Origin: Sphagnum compactum
Taxonomy: Eukaryota
Direction of reading: 5' to 3'
Length of the DNA stretch: 64,000 nucleotides
Assembly: GCA_965153455.1 (NCBI GenBank)
Contig: OZ234493.1
Location: 35,578,213-35,642,212 of the forward strand
Below are positions 11,971 to 24,829 of the stretch, piece by piece (the first letter of the stretch is position 1; every line of letters begins with the position of its first letter). Position numbers and translations under genes: made by a program. The notes beneath the pieces are model-generated. The model did no database searches. It saw only the letters and a program-made list of their open reading frames with translations, and was not told the origin of the DNA.

Positions 11971-14654
11971 GGCACTTTTGCTTCAGAGGTGCTTGCTGAC
12001 CTCCAGTGAAAGGTAGAATAATCCTCTCCTTGTGTTTACCTTGACTATGTTTTTACCCCATTAGGATTTGTCATTTGGTGGGTTTTGCTTGAACCATCAA
12101 ACAAAAGAATCAAATGCATACTCACATTTCGGCATATTTGTTAGTATGTTTTTTTTATGAAACTAATGAACTTGCAACTTCAAAATTTAAACCTAAAATC
12201 TGGAGGAACTAATGGCTTTATATCTTGAAATTTGGTGTTTTTGTTCAATGGCAATACTTCAAGCAGTCAAAATGTTTCTCCAGCTGTCCAAGGATACAAG
12301 AAAAATCAGCACTTTGGTTACTCTGTATGGCATCAATAGCAGGGCATGGCATAACCTTACTTTCCTCCTGTGCAGGAGTTGTGCAATGCAATGCCAATGA
12401 GCTCGATCTTGCCATTCCCAGTGATTGCACAATGATTTTCTTTATAGGGTGGAAGGGGCGCGTCATACTTATTTCAGTCTTGGATGATGCTGGTGGGTTT
12501 GACATCTGGGCAAGTTTGAGCTCTGCAAGTTTGGGCTTGAAAGAAACAGTCAGTCACCAGCAGAAGCAAATTACCTGATATGGTATTCTTGTGAAGATGG
12601 GGGAGTTTGAGAGGAGGAACTCATCTTCACTTGGTCATTGTTGGGTTCATGCAGTAGTGGACAATTTATTCAGAGATTACCCTTGGTTTCTCTTGAATGT
12701 CAAGTACATTATACCAAATGTATTTGTGGTGCACCATGGTCGATCTGAAGAGCATCTGCCCTGTGCCCTTGCTCAGCCAACTAACAGACCATTGTTGACA
12801 GCAGTTGAATGTGTGTCTTAAAGGGACCACCAGATTGCAAGCTTGACTTCTTGTTGAGAGGTTGGATTCAGTTTTCATTGTTGTTTGCAATTTTACCTTA
12901 AATGTTTTGCTGGATGATAATCAAGGCCTTTGAGCAATGCAATAGTGTTGAGTGGGTGGAATGGTTTGTGAATGATGAGCAACCGATCCTTGTTGGAAAA
13001 GCATTGTTACCCTTCCACCTTCTTACCTATCAACACTTTAAGTAGGTGCCTACCAAACCCGACCTACATGCTACACCTATCTACATGGGTTGCCAGTCCA
13101 ATAGACCCAATAGACCCCGAATGGTCGACAATGAGGAGGAAAGAATAAAATGAAAGTATTGCATGGAGCTTGGTCTTGTTCACTCAAACAAATAAATAAG
13201 GGGACGATTAAAGTATTTGACACCTTATGTAGAAGTATTGCAAGTTTTGCTCACAGAGTGTTTTCCCATGAGGGTATTGCAAACCAAGTGGATAATCAAT
13301 CGATATGAAGCTTCAGTTCAATTTAGGCACATTTAATGTATGTTGTACTCAAGTTCATAAAACAACATACTCAATGAACGTATAATACCCCATTTTGGGT
13401 AACCTTTAAATAGGTTGGGTTCCATATCATATCTTTTGAAACTTGAAGAGGTATTGTGTAGCCTTAACAAAACTTAGAAAGAACGCAATACTTTCATTGG
13501 GTTACACTGTAACATCATGGGTTAAATTATTTTGGTTCAGGCTATTAGAGGGGTATTATTCATGCCCAAAAGGACTCACTAAACATGCAATACCCCTCTT
13601 AGAGTATCTCAAAAATACATTGGGCTCCATAACATTTCTTTGACACGTGGAAAGGTATTGCGTAGCCCTATCAAAACCAACAAAAAAATTCAATTGTTTT
13701 CGATTGGTGGATGAACCTCATTTGTTGATTGATAATGACATTATCCAAAAATTCAATTACAATTTCAACTAGGTTGCAATTATGTAAGTTGAACATCTAG
13801 CCAATGGTTTGGTGACATGTAGCACATTCACAATGTTGACACTTGGCACATTCATAAATTTTAGGTTCAACAAAAAATTAGATGACATGTGGTATGCTCA
13901 CAAAGTTTAGGGTCAACGAATAATTAAATGACATGTGACACATCCACATCCATAGTCTAGGCCATGAGTGCTTGACCATTTGCCACCTAGCCTAAACATA
14001 GGTTAATTTTAGGCCTATGAACCTAGGCTAAACATAAATATAAGTCATTTAACATAGGCTTAAATTAGGGCTAAATTTAGGCACCTATGTTAGGCCTAGT
14101 CGTAAGCCACATGGCACTTAACAAATGAAATCCTATTTGATTTGGTTTAGCCTTTAATGTTAAACTTTTTTGATTAGCTCATCCCAGATGGCTATTATAT
14201 TTTCATGATTATTGTGTTTTTCCAATAATCTTGGTGCACTCCTTTATATAGTTTGGTAAATTGGAATGGAACCCATACAATATGAAATAAACATTTTAGT
14301 TGTAACAATAGTTGTTTGTATAATTGAGTAATATTACAAGTGCACACTAGTTTGTAATTTGGTTACAACTATATTACAACTATTATTATTCATATTGTTA
14401 TTTAAATTGTTATAACTATTATGAACTAATATAATAAATATGAAATAAGAGAAAATATAGATTTTTTGGGGTAAGTATAATAATGTTAAAATAATAATAA
14501 TTTTTGCAAATACATAATAGTTTATTAAATGTGCTTACTAACTATTTTGATCATTTCTAATAATTCAATAATAATAATAATAGTAAATTAAAATGGTTAA
14601 TCAATTAAAATCTTAAAAAATTATTGGAACTAATAGCCAACATTATAATAAAAG

Positions 14655-15530
14655 TTAGAATTCCAAGAATATACTAATTATGTATTATTATTTGATATGT
14701 TGTAAACAAAAATTGAATCTACATATCAATAATAAATTACACGTATATTGAACATATACATTACTAAGTTGATTTACAATTTAGAATTTCATTAAATTTT
14801 ACTTTCAAATTAAAGTGTAATATTTATATGCACAAAAAAACTCATCATACACAACCATTCATTTATACAAACAACATTTACATGTACCTTAATAATTAAA
14901 GAAATTTTATTGTAATTTAAAAAATACATTAAAACATCATATGTATAAAAATGAATAAAAATATCAAAGTTCCACAAAAATATTAATTATGCATCATTAT
15001 TTGATTTGTTGTAAACTAACATTTGATTTACATATAAATACTAAATTAAATATATTGAACATAAATTATTTTAAAAATATATTTCAGAATTTCTTTAAAT
15101 TTTATTTGGAAAATAAACTTTTGATATTTATATGCGCAAAAAGAAATTTTCATCACACATAATTATTCATTTGTACACAAATAGAATGTACATGCAGTTT
15201 AATGTAATTTTATTATTTTTTTAAAAGATAAGATATCTGTGTATATATATGAATAAACATTAGAATTCCACAGAATCATTAATTATGTATCATTACTTGA
15301 TATGTTGTAAATTAAAATTTAATCTATATAAAAATAATAAATTATATGTATTGAACATACACATTATTACAAACTTATATTTCAAAATTCATTGAATTTT
15401 ATTTTTAAATTAAAATTTACTATTTATATGCACATAAAAAACCATTCATTTATACAAATAAAATTTACATGTAATTTAATGTTATCATAATTTAAAATAA
15501 ATATCAAAATATTGTATGTATAAAATTGAA
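14655..15530. repeat. Three diverged ~300-bp AT-rich tandem units
   Basis: ttcca..aa...taattatg.at.atta.ttgat.tgttgtaaa recurs near 14660, 14970 and 15265, each followed by tatttatatgc.ca.aaaa and cattt.taca.a. Confidence 0.8.
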
Positions 15531-16014
15531 GTCGCCTATTAATTGTTTAACCTAGTTGAGAAAGATAGCCGCAACAAAGTTGCAAACAATATTGCATTTT
15601 ATCCATCCTTTAAGACATTTTATCATCCATATATGTGTTTTAATGATGTCACCAGAATGGTTGAACACTAGTCAAGGTTTTTGACTATGTGGCAACTATA
15701 GAAGCTTAGATGCCAAAAATATTCAAAAAATGGCCCTTTAGTTGAAACATGTTTTACATTGTTTACTAACATAGTTGACCATTCAACTTGGAGACATTTG
15801 ATACTAAGAGTATTCAACAAATGACCACACAGTTGAAAAATGTTTTCAACTATATATCAATATAGTAAATGAATCGACTTAATTGATAATTGCCATAAAT
15901 TTAATTACAAATTTAAAAATCCCAATTGTAACATAGTTGCAAATGACGCATAGTTGAAAACTTTTTGGTAAAATAGAAAAGGTTTCCACTAATGCAAATA
16001 TTAAAGATTTATGT

Positions 16015-16180
16015 CCGATTACAACTCCCAAAATGTTTTTCATTTAGGAATGTTAGGGTTCATTTCCTTGTACCCTCCCACACTTATGAAAGTGTATTTG
16101 AATATGGGGACACTTTCCCCATTCACATTCTTTTTCATGCCCTAACCTTGGTCACAAAGCCCAATGTTAAGGTTGTGACA
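16015..16180 (+). mobile_element. Probable degenerate LTR 3' end of a second family
   Basis: Ends ccttggtcacaaagcccaatgttaaggttgtgaca (CA terminus), resembling LTR ends I recall from moss genomes. Not verifiable here. Confidence 0.4.
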
Positions 16181-17924
16181 AAGTTGTGGTTATAAGCACT
16201 AGTAGTAAGCATTTAGGTTGAGAAGGATGTTTGAATGCAATCATGTTGGATAAAACAACTTGTTATTCATGCTACCACTCCTAATAATTTATGTTCCATT
16301 TTATATTTTCATGGGCTTGAATGATTACAAGCAAGGTAACCATCTTTATATTTTTAAAAACAAATTCCACAAGGGTGTTGACCAATGTCAAAAGAAAGTG
16401 ATAATTTTTTTTTCCTTTGTTGGGTTCTATTGTGTTGGTAAATCAATGTGCTTGTGTATCTGACAATGTGTGTTCAATTTTGTGATGGGGGGTGCTATGA
16501 AAATCAATTTGTCAATGATGGCAAGCACTAAGGTATAGTTGTGCATTGAAATCTAATCATAGGTTGTTGTAAGTTGTTTTCAATAAATAATCCATTAAGT
16601 AGAAAATCATTGTGTTATTTTTTGGCTAATTTGTTTTGTGAGATTTTTGTTTTTATTAGGATGATCTTATGAGATATAGGTATAAAAAATCACATTTACA
16701 AGATCAAATGTGGAGGAGTTGGAAAAACTTATGGCTAAATTTTCTAAGCTTGTCAAAAAGGTAGGTTCAAGCTTTTGGGAAGGTCTTTTATGGTTACACA
16801 TTTGATGGGTATTGTAGACTACGGATTGGTGAAAGAAAATCCACATGCATGATGATAACTTCTTGTTGCAATGGAATAAGATGGCAATGGTAGTGTAGGT
16901 TTCTTTTGAACTTGGAGGAAACATATCTTGTGTTATTTTTTGTGATGCCAATCTAAAATTGGTAGTGAAAGAATAATAAGTTAGTTTGCATGCCACATCC
17001 TATTGAATACTTTTGGATAGTTGCACATAAAGGTGGACCAAAAATATCATGTAGGAACCCATCTTTGTATAGTTTTTAGTGTTGTTGAAACCTTCACTAT
17101 GAATATGTCTACCAAAAATCAAAATTTTGCAAAAACAATCTCTTGCCATCCATTCATAATTTATTAGAATTTTTGTTGAAGGAATAAATTGCTATGAAAT
17201 TAAAAAATGAACATAAGATGTTTTTAATATTATCTTCGTATAGAAATCTATAGTCCTTTTTAACTTATTTCCCTACCAATTGAAGGTAAGATTCATTCCA
17301 ATAGTCAAAGGTATATGAAATCTTGCCTTGTGACATCCAAAAATGAACAATGTAATGTGTAATTGCCCTTTGGTCAATTTTGTTTAATGACTCATAATGT
17401 GTTGATCGAAATGGAAAATTTTGTCACATTTTCTTTAGTTCTAGATCAAGGTGATGGGTTTTGTGCAAGTAAAATTGGTTTGGTTGGTATATGCCTTTTG
17501 TATTTTGTCATGGATATGGATCTTTGGTTGATGGGTGTAATCAATAGGAAACTATTGTAACACATGCCAAACCTATTGCATCAGTAATGTACAATCATAT
17601 CCAAAATGATAAACACAAGGATCAAATTTCCTTCTCTTGTGTCATTTGGTTTTGCGGTAGTGTGGAGGTCAAGTTAGCCTTACTTGATTGAACCATGAAT
17701 TATATTGTTTTTAACTAAAAGAGAGTGTATTTACATGCCTATTATGTTCCAATTGTGATGTTAGGTTGGAAAACATAGGCATTTATGATAAGTTTGCCAA
17801 CACCTTTCCTATAATGAAGTTTCATAAATTGAAGTGCAAATTGTCAATGTAAGAGTCTAATTTGTAGAATTAAACAATAAAATTGTGAAAAAATCACTTT
17901 TAACACTTATATTACAAATTGTTA

Positions 17925-18078
17925 CACTATTACTAAGTGTGGGTGTAGTTCACTAGTTCTTGTTTAATGGATTAGTTAATTCATTGTATCCCCAATAAAT
18001 CCCATTCACTAGGATTAGTGAATTCACTCAAAATTTAATGAAATCACTTGGCATATAGGGATACATTTTGTTGTAATG
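17925..18078 (+). mobile_element. CACTA-type MITE copy 1 (154 bp)
   Basis: cactattac...ttgttgtaatg termini with 3-bp TSD tta/tta. Homologous to 61931-62083 and, inverted, to 58405-58882. Confidence 0.8.
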
Positions 18079-18470
18079 TTAGTACCATTGCCCACAAAGA
18101 AAACACATTTATTAATTTTTTAAAATGAAGATCTAAACACTCTAAGAATGGATGTATTTTGAATTATTTTCATCATTGCAGTAATATTTCATTCATCTTG
18201 TCTATTTTATTTTATTTGAAATTATGAAATCAAGTTCTGAACTTTTTTATTTGGGAAAGGTACATGGTATTCACAACCAAAAAAGATTAAATAATACATG
18301 AAAAACCAAAATATTTTATTTTAGATGGAAAATTAGATATGTGCATTATATTGAAAAATAAATAATGAGGTAAGAAATAAAGTTGGCCGATTTTTATTTA
18401 TTTAATAACCATCATGTAGGTTTTTAAAATAAAATAAAATTAGACCACACATGATACAAAAAACAATTTT

Positions 18471-18821
18471 GGTTGCTGGGTAGGTTATCAAAACAAGTTG
18501 GGTAACAATCATTGGTTACACATAAAGGTATGTTATCAAATAAATGGTTGATAATCACATGTTATTTTTTTGTTATTAATCGAATATAAGAGTTTTTAAA
18601 AACTGTTTAAAAAATTTATATTAATGTTCAAAGATTGATAACCCACATAGATGATAAGTGGGTCATTTCAGTAAGTTATTAAAAATTTGAAAATTCAATA
18701 GGTAATTATCAATTGAATTGATTATTTAAAGAATCAAGAATTGGTTAGTAGGCTATTAATAATTGATTTAATAACCTGTTTGATAATTAATTATTCAAAT
18801 CTCAATAACCACCCAACATTA
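18471..18821. mobile_element. Degenerate non-autonomous TIR element (hAT-like ends)
   Basis: tgctgggtaggttat...ataaccacccaaca imperfect inverted ends with many internal ggttat/ataacc subrepeats. The same right end (aataaccatccaaca) occurs at ~27910 beside the hAT relic. Confidence 0.5.
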
Positions 18822-19951
18822 ATAAGAACAATACCATCTTTCCATATTAGACATAACTAATGCAAAACAAAATAATCAATATGTACGAATTCAAGAACCT
18901 TCATATGGGCAATGAATTAGAAGGACAAACCATATGCATGATGATAAAAATTGGAAACATGATTTCTATCCTAGATCCATGTATTGAACAAAATTAACGG
19001 CTAAAACAATTTACATGAAGTCATGTCCAAAATTTTAATGTTACTAGCAATTTTTTAAATTCTTAAGTACCACATCATCATTTATAAGAAAAAATTGAAT
19101 AACACTAATCAATCATATGTAACCATACATTATGAATAATTTCAACAATGTTTTTACTTGAGTTATAATATTTCAATTAAAGACATTTTGGGTTTGAAGC
19201 TCAAACTTGAATCCTTATAAAACTAATTCATTCTCAATAATGGGCTTATGTCAAGTTGTTGGAATAGAACACACCTTTAATGTTTTAAGAAACTTTAATT
19301 AACATGTGAAACATTATATTAATCATTTTAATTAAAAAAATTGTGATCTAAAGGAAAATTTTGTTTTAAGACAGAATGCATCCCTTTAAAATTTTAATTG
19401 TTGTATAGGTATAAGAAAATAACATCACACATCTTTATAGGCTATGAAAATTACTATATTAATAACTTTTAAAATAAGCTATTGAGAATAATTATTTATG
19501 AAATAGTTGTCGTCATTTTTTGTTTCATTTTTGAACAATGCATTATCGTAATTCCTTGCATCCTTTTTGAACTTGTGAAGCTGTCATTCAAAACTTTCTT
19601 CATTTTCATCTTTGTTTCACGGTTTTATATTGTGTTACATAATTTCATGCAACAACTGACCTTTGATTAAACCCATAGTTGTCATATCAAGTAGTTGAGA
19701 AGATTATAATAGTTATACGAAAATAATTGCAAACTTTCAATAAGATTTTAAACTTAAATTTTCGAGTGATGATGGTACATTGGATCTAGTTTAGGGGGAG
19801 CAAAATTAAGTTCCATTAGTAGTTATGTTTTTGGATAAAATTTTGAGGAGATGATTTTATGCCAAAATCATATCCTATTTTCCTTTTTCATATCATCACA
19901 TTTCAATTGTCCCATATGGAAATTGAATGGATTTGTCTTCCCAAGTGACAT

Positions 19952-20440
19952 CAACACATATTTGAATTCAATTTAGGTCACATCACATTGAATAAGAAGT
20001 TAATTTTATTAATTTTTTTTTTGGAGATTGATATGGTTTCATGAATTTATTGGTGTAATCAATAAATTAAAAAAATGCATTCATTAGGTGAAGATTGAAT
20101 TCCATTTTATCAGATTGATGGAAGTGGAAATAATTTCATGGAAACTTTATATGATTATGGATTTTTGTTTTGACATTGGAGGATTCAAACACCAACACCT
20201 ATTTGAATTTAATTTAAGTCACATGATATTGAATAAAATGTTCATCCTTTTAAGACGTTTTTTTTGAGATTGACATGGTTTCTCAAGTTTTTTTTTTCTG
20301 CAATCAACCATAATTTTTAAAAATATTTTCAATAGGTGAAGATCAAATTTGATGTTATAGAATTAATTGAAGTGGAAATGATTTCATGGAAAAGATCTAC
20401 ATGATCATGAAATTTTGTTTTGATATTATAAGATTCAAAG
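19952..20440. repeat. Two ~240-bp diverged tandem units
   Basis: caacac.tatttgaatt.aattta.gtcacat...taggtgaagat...gaagtggaaat.atttcatggaaa...gattcaaa occurs twice. Confidence 0.85.
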
Positions 20441-22056
20441 AACAAATGAGAATATATTATATTTTGACCTTATGTGAGTTTGATCATCATTGGTAATGTA
20501 GAGTCCAAGTATTCATTAATGTGATGATCAACATGAATTAAAAAAATGTTTGAATATTATTAACATGGGTTTCAATCAACCCCTTTTCATCCAATTTTGA
20601 ATTATAAATACAACTCCTATCATGATGCATTAACGACTTCATCTCAAATTTTGCTTAAATACTATCTAATAGATCCATTCCAATGCAATTTGCATTTGCA
20701 TCATGATCAAAAACACAATCTTCAATAGTCGTGATGTTGCCACATGAACTACTTTAGGTTCATTTTCATATATAACTGCAATGTCAAAATGAAAACATTA
20801 ACAACATTCTTTTCATTTATTCACCATGAATGCAACATGAAATTCCCATAAAATTATCCCCCATATATCACTATCTTGCAAAACAAATTCCACGTTGATT
20901 TGGCATTTGTGAAAATTATGGCCATTGAGTTCTCAATCCAAATATTAAAAATGATCTGATCACCAAATAGACATTCAATTGTTCAATTCATTCAAACCCC
21001 CCAAGTTTTCATGTTAACCTTGCATATCGGGCAATCAATTTCTAGAACATGTTGAAATGCTTAAACACTAACCTCCGTAAATATGAAAACATCTAAACGA
21101 TATCATGTATGTTTGATTTATAAACGATATTCCCCAACACAACAAACATATCAATAACCTCAAATTGGATGGTGTTGATTAAGTAAACTTGATGGTCTAA
21201 GGAGTATACAAAAGATGGAATAATAATGTGGTGCATTTCCACTTCTTTGTGCCAAGTTCTACTACTTGGCATGTCACTAGATTATAATATTTATCGAAGT
21301 TTTTGCAATATTCAATTCACTTTCAGACAAGCAAGGTTTAACCCCTAAACGCTTAACAAGCCGAAAATGGTGTTTTTTGAGAACTTTAAATTGATGCATC
21401 AAGTATAAATTTATTTCATGAAAAAAAATAAAATTCTTTTGGGCCATGTGGAGTGTGGTCATAAGCTCCAAATGGCATGCTAACAGGGGAAGTCATATCA
21501 ATTTAGGGTGAAGGGGGGATAAAAATAAGACATGTAGTGACTAGTGACCTCGAAGGGAGCTGGAGAGTGGAGGGGGGGGGGGAGGGGGTCTGCCCAAAGT
21601 CACCGGGGAGGCAATTCAGATGATGGGTGGCAATGAAATTTGGGAGGCAACATGTGGGCAGAACTTATTATGGCTAATCCACCTACAATTGGCTGATTTT
21701 CCTGTGTCGGGCACAGATCTCAAATCACGGAAGGGCTTGTACTCAGGTCCTTCTCCTATACCAAATGCATCAATCAATTAGGAATGATTAAAAAAATCCT
21801 AGAGTGAATGGTACAGCAAGTTGTTGACCTCTGTCTAATGAGTGCCAGGCATTCAGAGGTTAAATGCCACACATGTTTCTACTACACCTAGCCTTCCTTC
21901 ACTCTAGTGAAGATGATGTTGCGTAAGGGTTTGGCAAGAACTAATAAGTAAAGACTTGCAAAATTGACAACCTTGCAGAGATTACTATACAAATTGAACC
22001 AGCAGCACCCACCAGCTCATTATGACTCTGAACCACAACTGAGTTATCAACCTTCA

Positions 22057-22210
22057 CCCTAAACCCAAACCCTAAACCCTAAACCCACCTTGGTAACCTA
22101 TCTTGTAAACCCTCCAACTTCCCCCCCTTCTCCCATCCAACCTTCCACCTTGGTAACCTATCTTGTAAACCCTAAACCCTAAACCCTAAACCCTCCAACT
22201 TCCCCCCTTC
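22057..22210 (+). repeat. Interstitial plant telomere-like (CCCTAAA)n interleaved with a duplicated unique motif
   Basis: CCCTAAA runs at ~22057-22086 and ~22168-22193. ccaccttggtaacctatcttgtaaaccct and ccaacttccccccttc each occur twice. Confidence 0.8.
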
Positions 22211-22463
22211 TTCGATCCCGCAACTACTCATCTAATAAGTGGGTGAGAGTATCACACGGTAAATTAGTAGGTAGAGAATGTATGTGGTGTTGATATGTAC
22301 AGCTAGGTAAGAAGGGAAGGCACTTGGGCGGCTAGCTACTTGGTAGGTAGCTAGCATGTATGGGGTTAGCAAATAGGCGAACCTCCCTAGGTAGCTAGGG
22401 AACAAGAATACAATGAAAAAGTGTTTTTCTCATCCACACACCATCCATCCTACATGGTGCTCA

Positions 22464-23001
22464 GGTGAGTGAGTGAGTGAGTGAGTGCTGGTTCATTCTT
22501 GGCCCTCTTGTTTGTGTGTGTGTGTGTGTGTGTGTGGGAGCCAGAGCAGTTGAGAAAGGAGCCAGAGAGGTGGGCAAAAATTCAGCTGGACAATGGATTT
22601 TTGAGGATTTTTTTAATTTTTAATTAATTAATTAATTAATTAATTTTGACCTTAAATCACCATATTTAGACAAAAGGTCCACCAGGTCACAAAAATATAG
22701 CAGGATTTATATTTTTTTATTTTTTTCTATTTTCCTCTCTGAGGATGATCATGGGTGTGGGTACATCACACAATTGTATAAATAAATAAAATAAATAAAT
22801 AAATAAATATTTAAAAAGAGAAGAAAAAAACCCTGATTCCAAGTGTATTCTCCTTCTCAAGAGTCTCTATTTTCCTTCATGAAATTTTTATTCTTTGAAA
22901 AAAGTTTTTTTGTTAATTTCAAAAATTCAGCATTTGTACAAATGATATAATTAATGTTGAAGCTGCCAAGGTACTAATGTAAACAAAGTTTAGGGTTTAG
23001 G

Positions 23002-23037
<36 letters not shown>
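22464..23037. repeat. Microsatellite cluster: (GAGT)n, (GT)n, (TTAA)n, (AAAT)n, (CT)n
   Basis: Directly visible at ~22465, 22514, 22615, 22780 and 23003. Confidence 0.9.
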
Positions 23038-24829
23038 CATCATGCAATGCAGTCAGTGTTTTTTTCTTTGAATTTGTGATGCAGCTCAAGTGGTGATCAT
23101 CCATAAGAGGATTTAGCCAGATCTGGCTATAAAACAAAATGTGAAAAAAAGAAAATTTATGCATCCTTCTACATTTCTGGCTACCTAGTGGAATTTCATA
23201 TAGAATGAGAAGAAATTTTGATTTAATTTATTAAAATTTGGTAGCAAGGAAACCCAAGAAACCACTTTTTTTTTCTTTTTTTCTTTTTTCTGCAGTTTGA
23301 TTTTTAAAATTTCTGGCCAACTGGCCAAAATTCACCATGCATTAAATGTTTTATAAATAAATAAATAAATAATAATAAACATGCAACTCTTGACAATTTG
23401 TGATCTCTTGATAATTCAGGACTTGCCATGATGAGTCCACAAACTTACATTGAACCCAAATCACAATTCCCGAAGGCGTGGTGTCTTGTAGATATGTGAG
23501 GATGATTTTTTTTTTAAAGCATTAAAATTAAAAAATTTAATAAATTTTGTAATATAAAAACTATGGCAAGTTTTTTTTTTTCAAAGAAATAGAAAAAAAA
23601 GTCAAATTTACACTAGAATTTGATTTTCCCAAAAATTCCAAAATTTTTGGTTAAAAACATTGACAAAATTTGTTGGAAAAAAAGAAGACAATTTAATTAT
23701 GAAACTGAAAAAAAACCATACACTAGCGCTACACCCTCATCAAATTTTCGAGCAAAAAAACCATCCGTCATAAAGGCCCTAGTTGGGGGCGCGCCAAACA
23801 TAAAGGGCCTACTATGAGGATGTATTTGAGTATATAGCCCCACATTTTGGGAATGTCCCACTCCCATGGGCTTTTATCATCCATCATAAAGCCCAAAAAC
23901 GAATGTCATCATGAACTTAATCATATGTACATCCAAAAGCTTAGGAAGGGAGGGTTCCTAGTTCTTACACCTATTCCATAAGAGTGGGAGACATCTTATA
24001 CATACCCTAAACCGTATTTTCAACGAATGCATATTCATGGAGATAAGGAAGTGTTTTTTTGGCAATGTTTTTTGCATTTTTATGACTTGAAAAATATGAT
24101 CTCCACACATACAATGAATTTTTGTGAAAAAAACCATAATTCTTGGTCTTTATTATTATTTTTTTAATTACCAAATTTCTACAACATGTTCTAACATGTA
24201 ACAAAAATAGAAAATGATACTTATATTTTTTAATGTTCATATATTTGGTTTCTAGCCAAATTTGGCTAAATCTTCTTGTGGATGATGATCATTCATTTGG
24301 CTACATCATAACAAAACCCTCATATAAGGTGTCCACGCATGGTGTCAAAGCATTGTTATCTAAATGCTACAAAAGTGGGAGGATTCAACCATCTACTACA
24401 CCTAGTGGTAGAGTTAAAAGTGAGAACATATGTGGCATGTAATAAATAATAAAATTATTATTATCTAATAAATAATAATAATAATTAATGTAATTAGTAT
24501 ATCTAATAATATGTGGATGTTAAAGCAATGTTTTAGAAAGTGCCAAGTTATTAAAAAAATGTCCCATTCTATTTTACAAAAAATGAATTACAAAAGTGAT
24601 GTTAAACTGGGGAGCCAAAAAAATGGCTAGATAATTCAATGGTAATTACAATTTGAAAAAAACAAACTACTACCCATGGTGTCATATGTGACTATGCAAA
24701 CATAATCAAGATTTTTACGTATTTAGTATGTTGGGCAATATTAACTTAAGAAGAAAAAAAACGTAGTCGGTTTTGATTCTTCCATAGGTTTGTGAAAATC
24801 AACCCAATTTTTTAAAAATAATTTGGGCC

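Noticed and set aside
16500..21300. Possible Helitron or other transposase relics in the AT-rich desert
   Set aside because: Fragments look once-coding, but I could not read a diagnostic motif with confidence.
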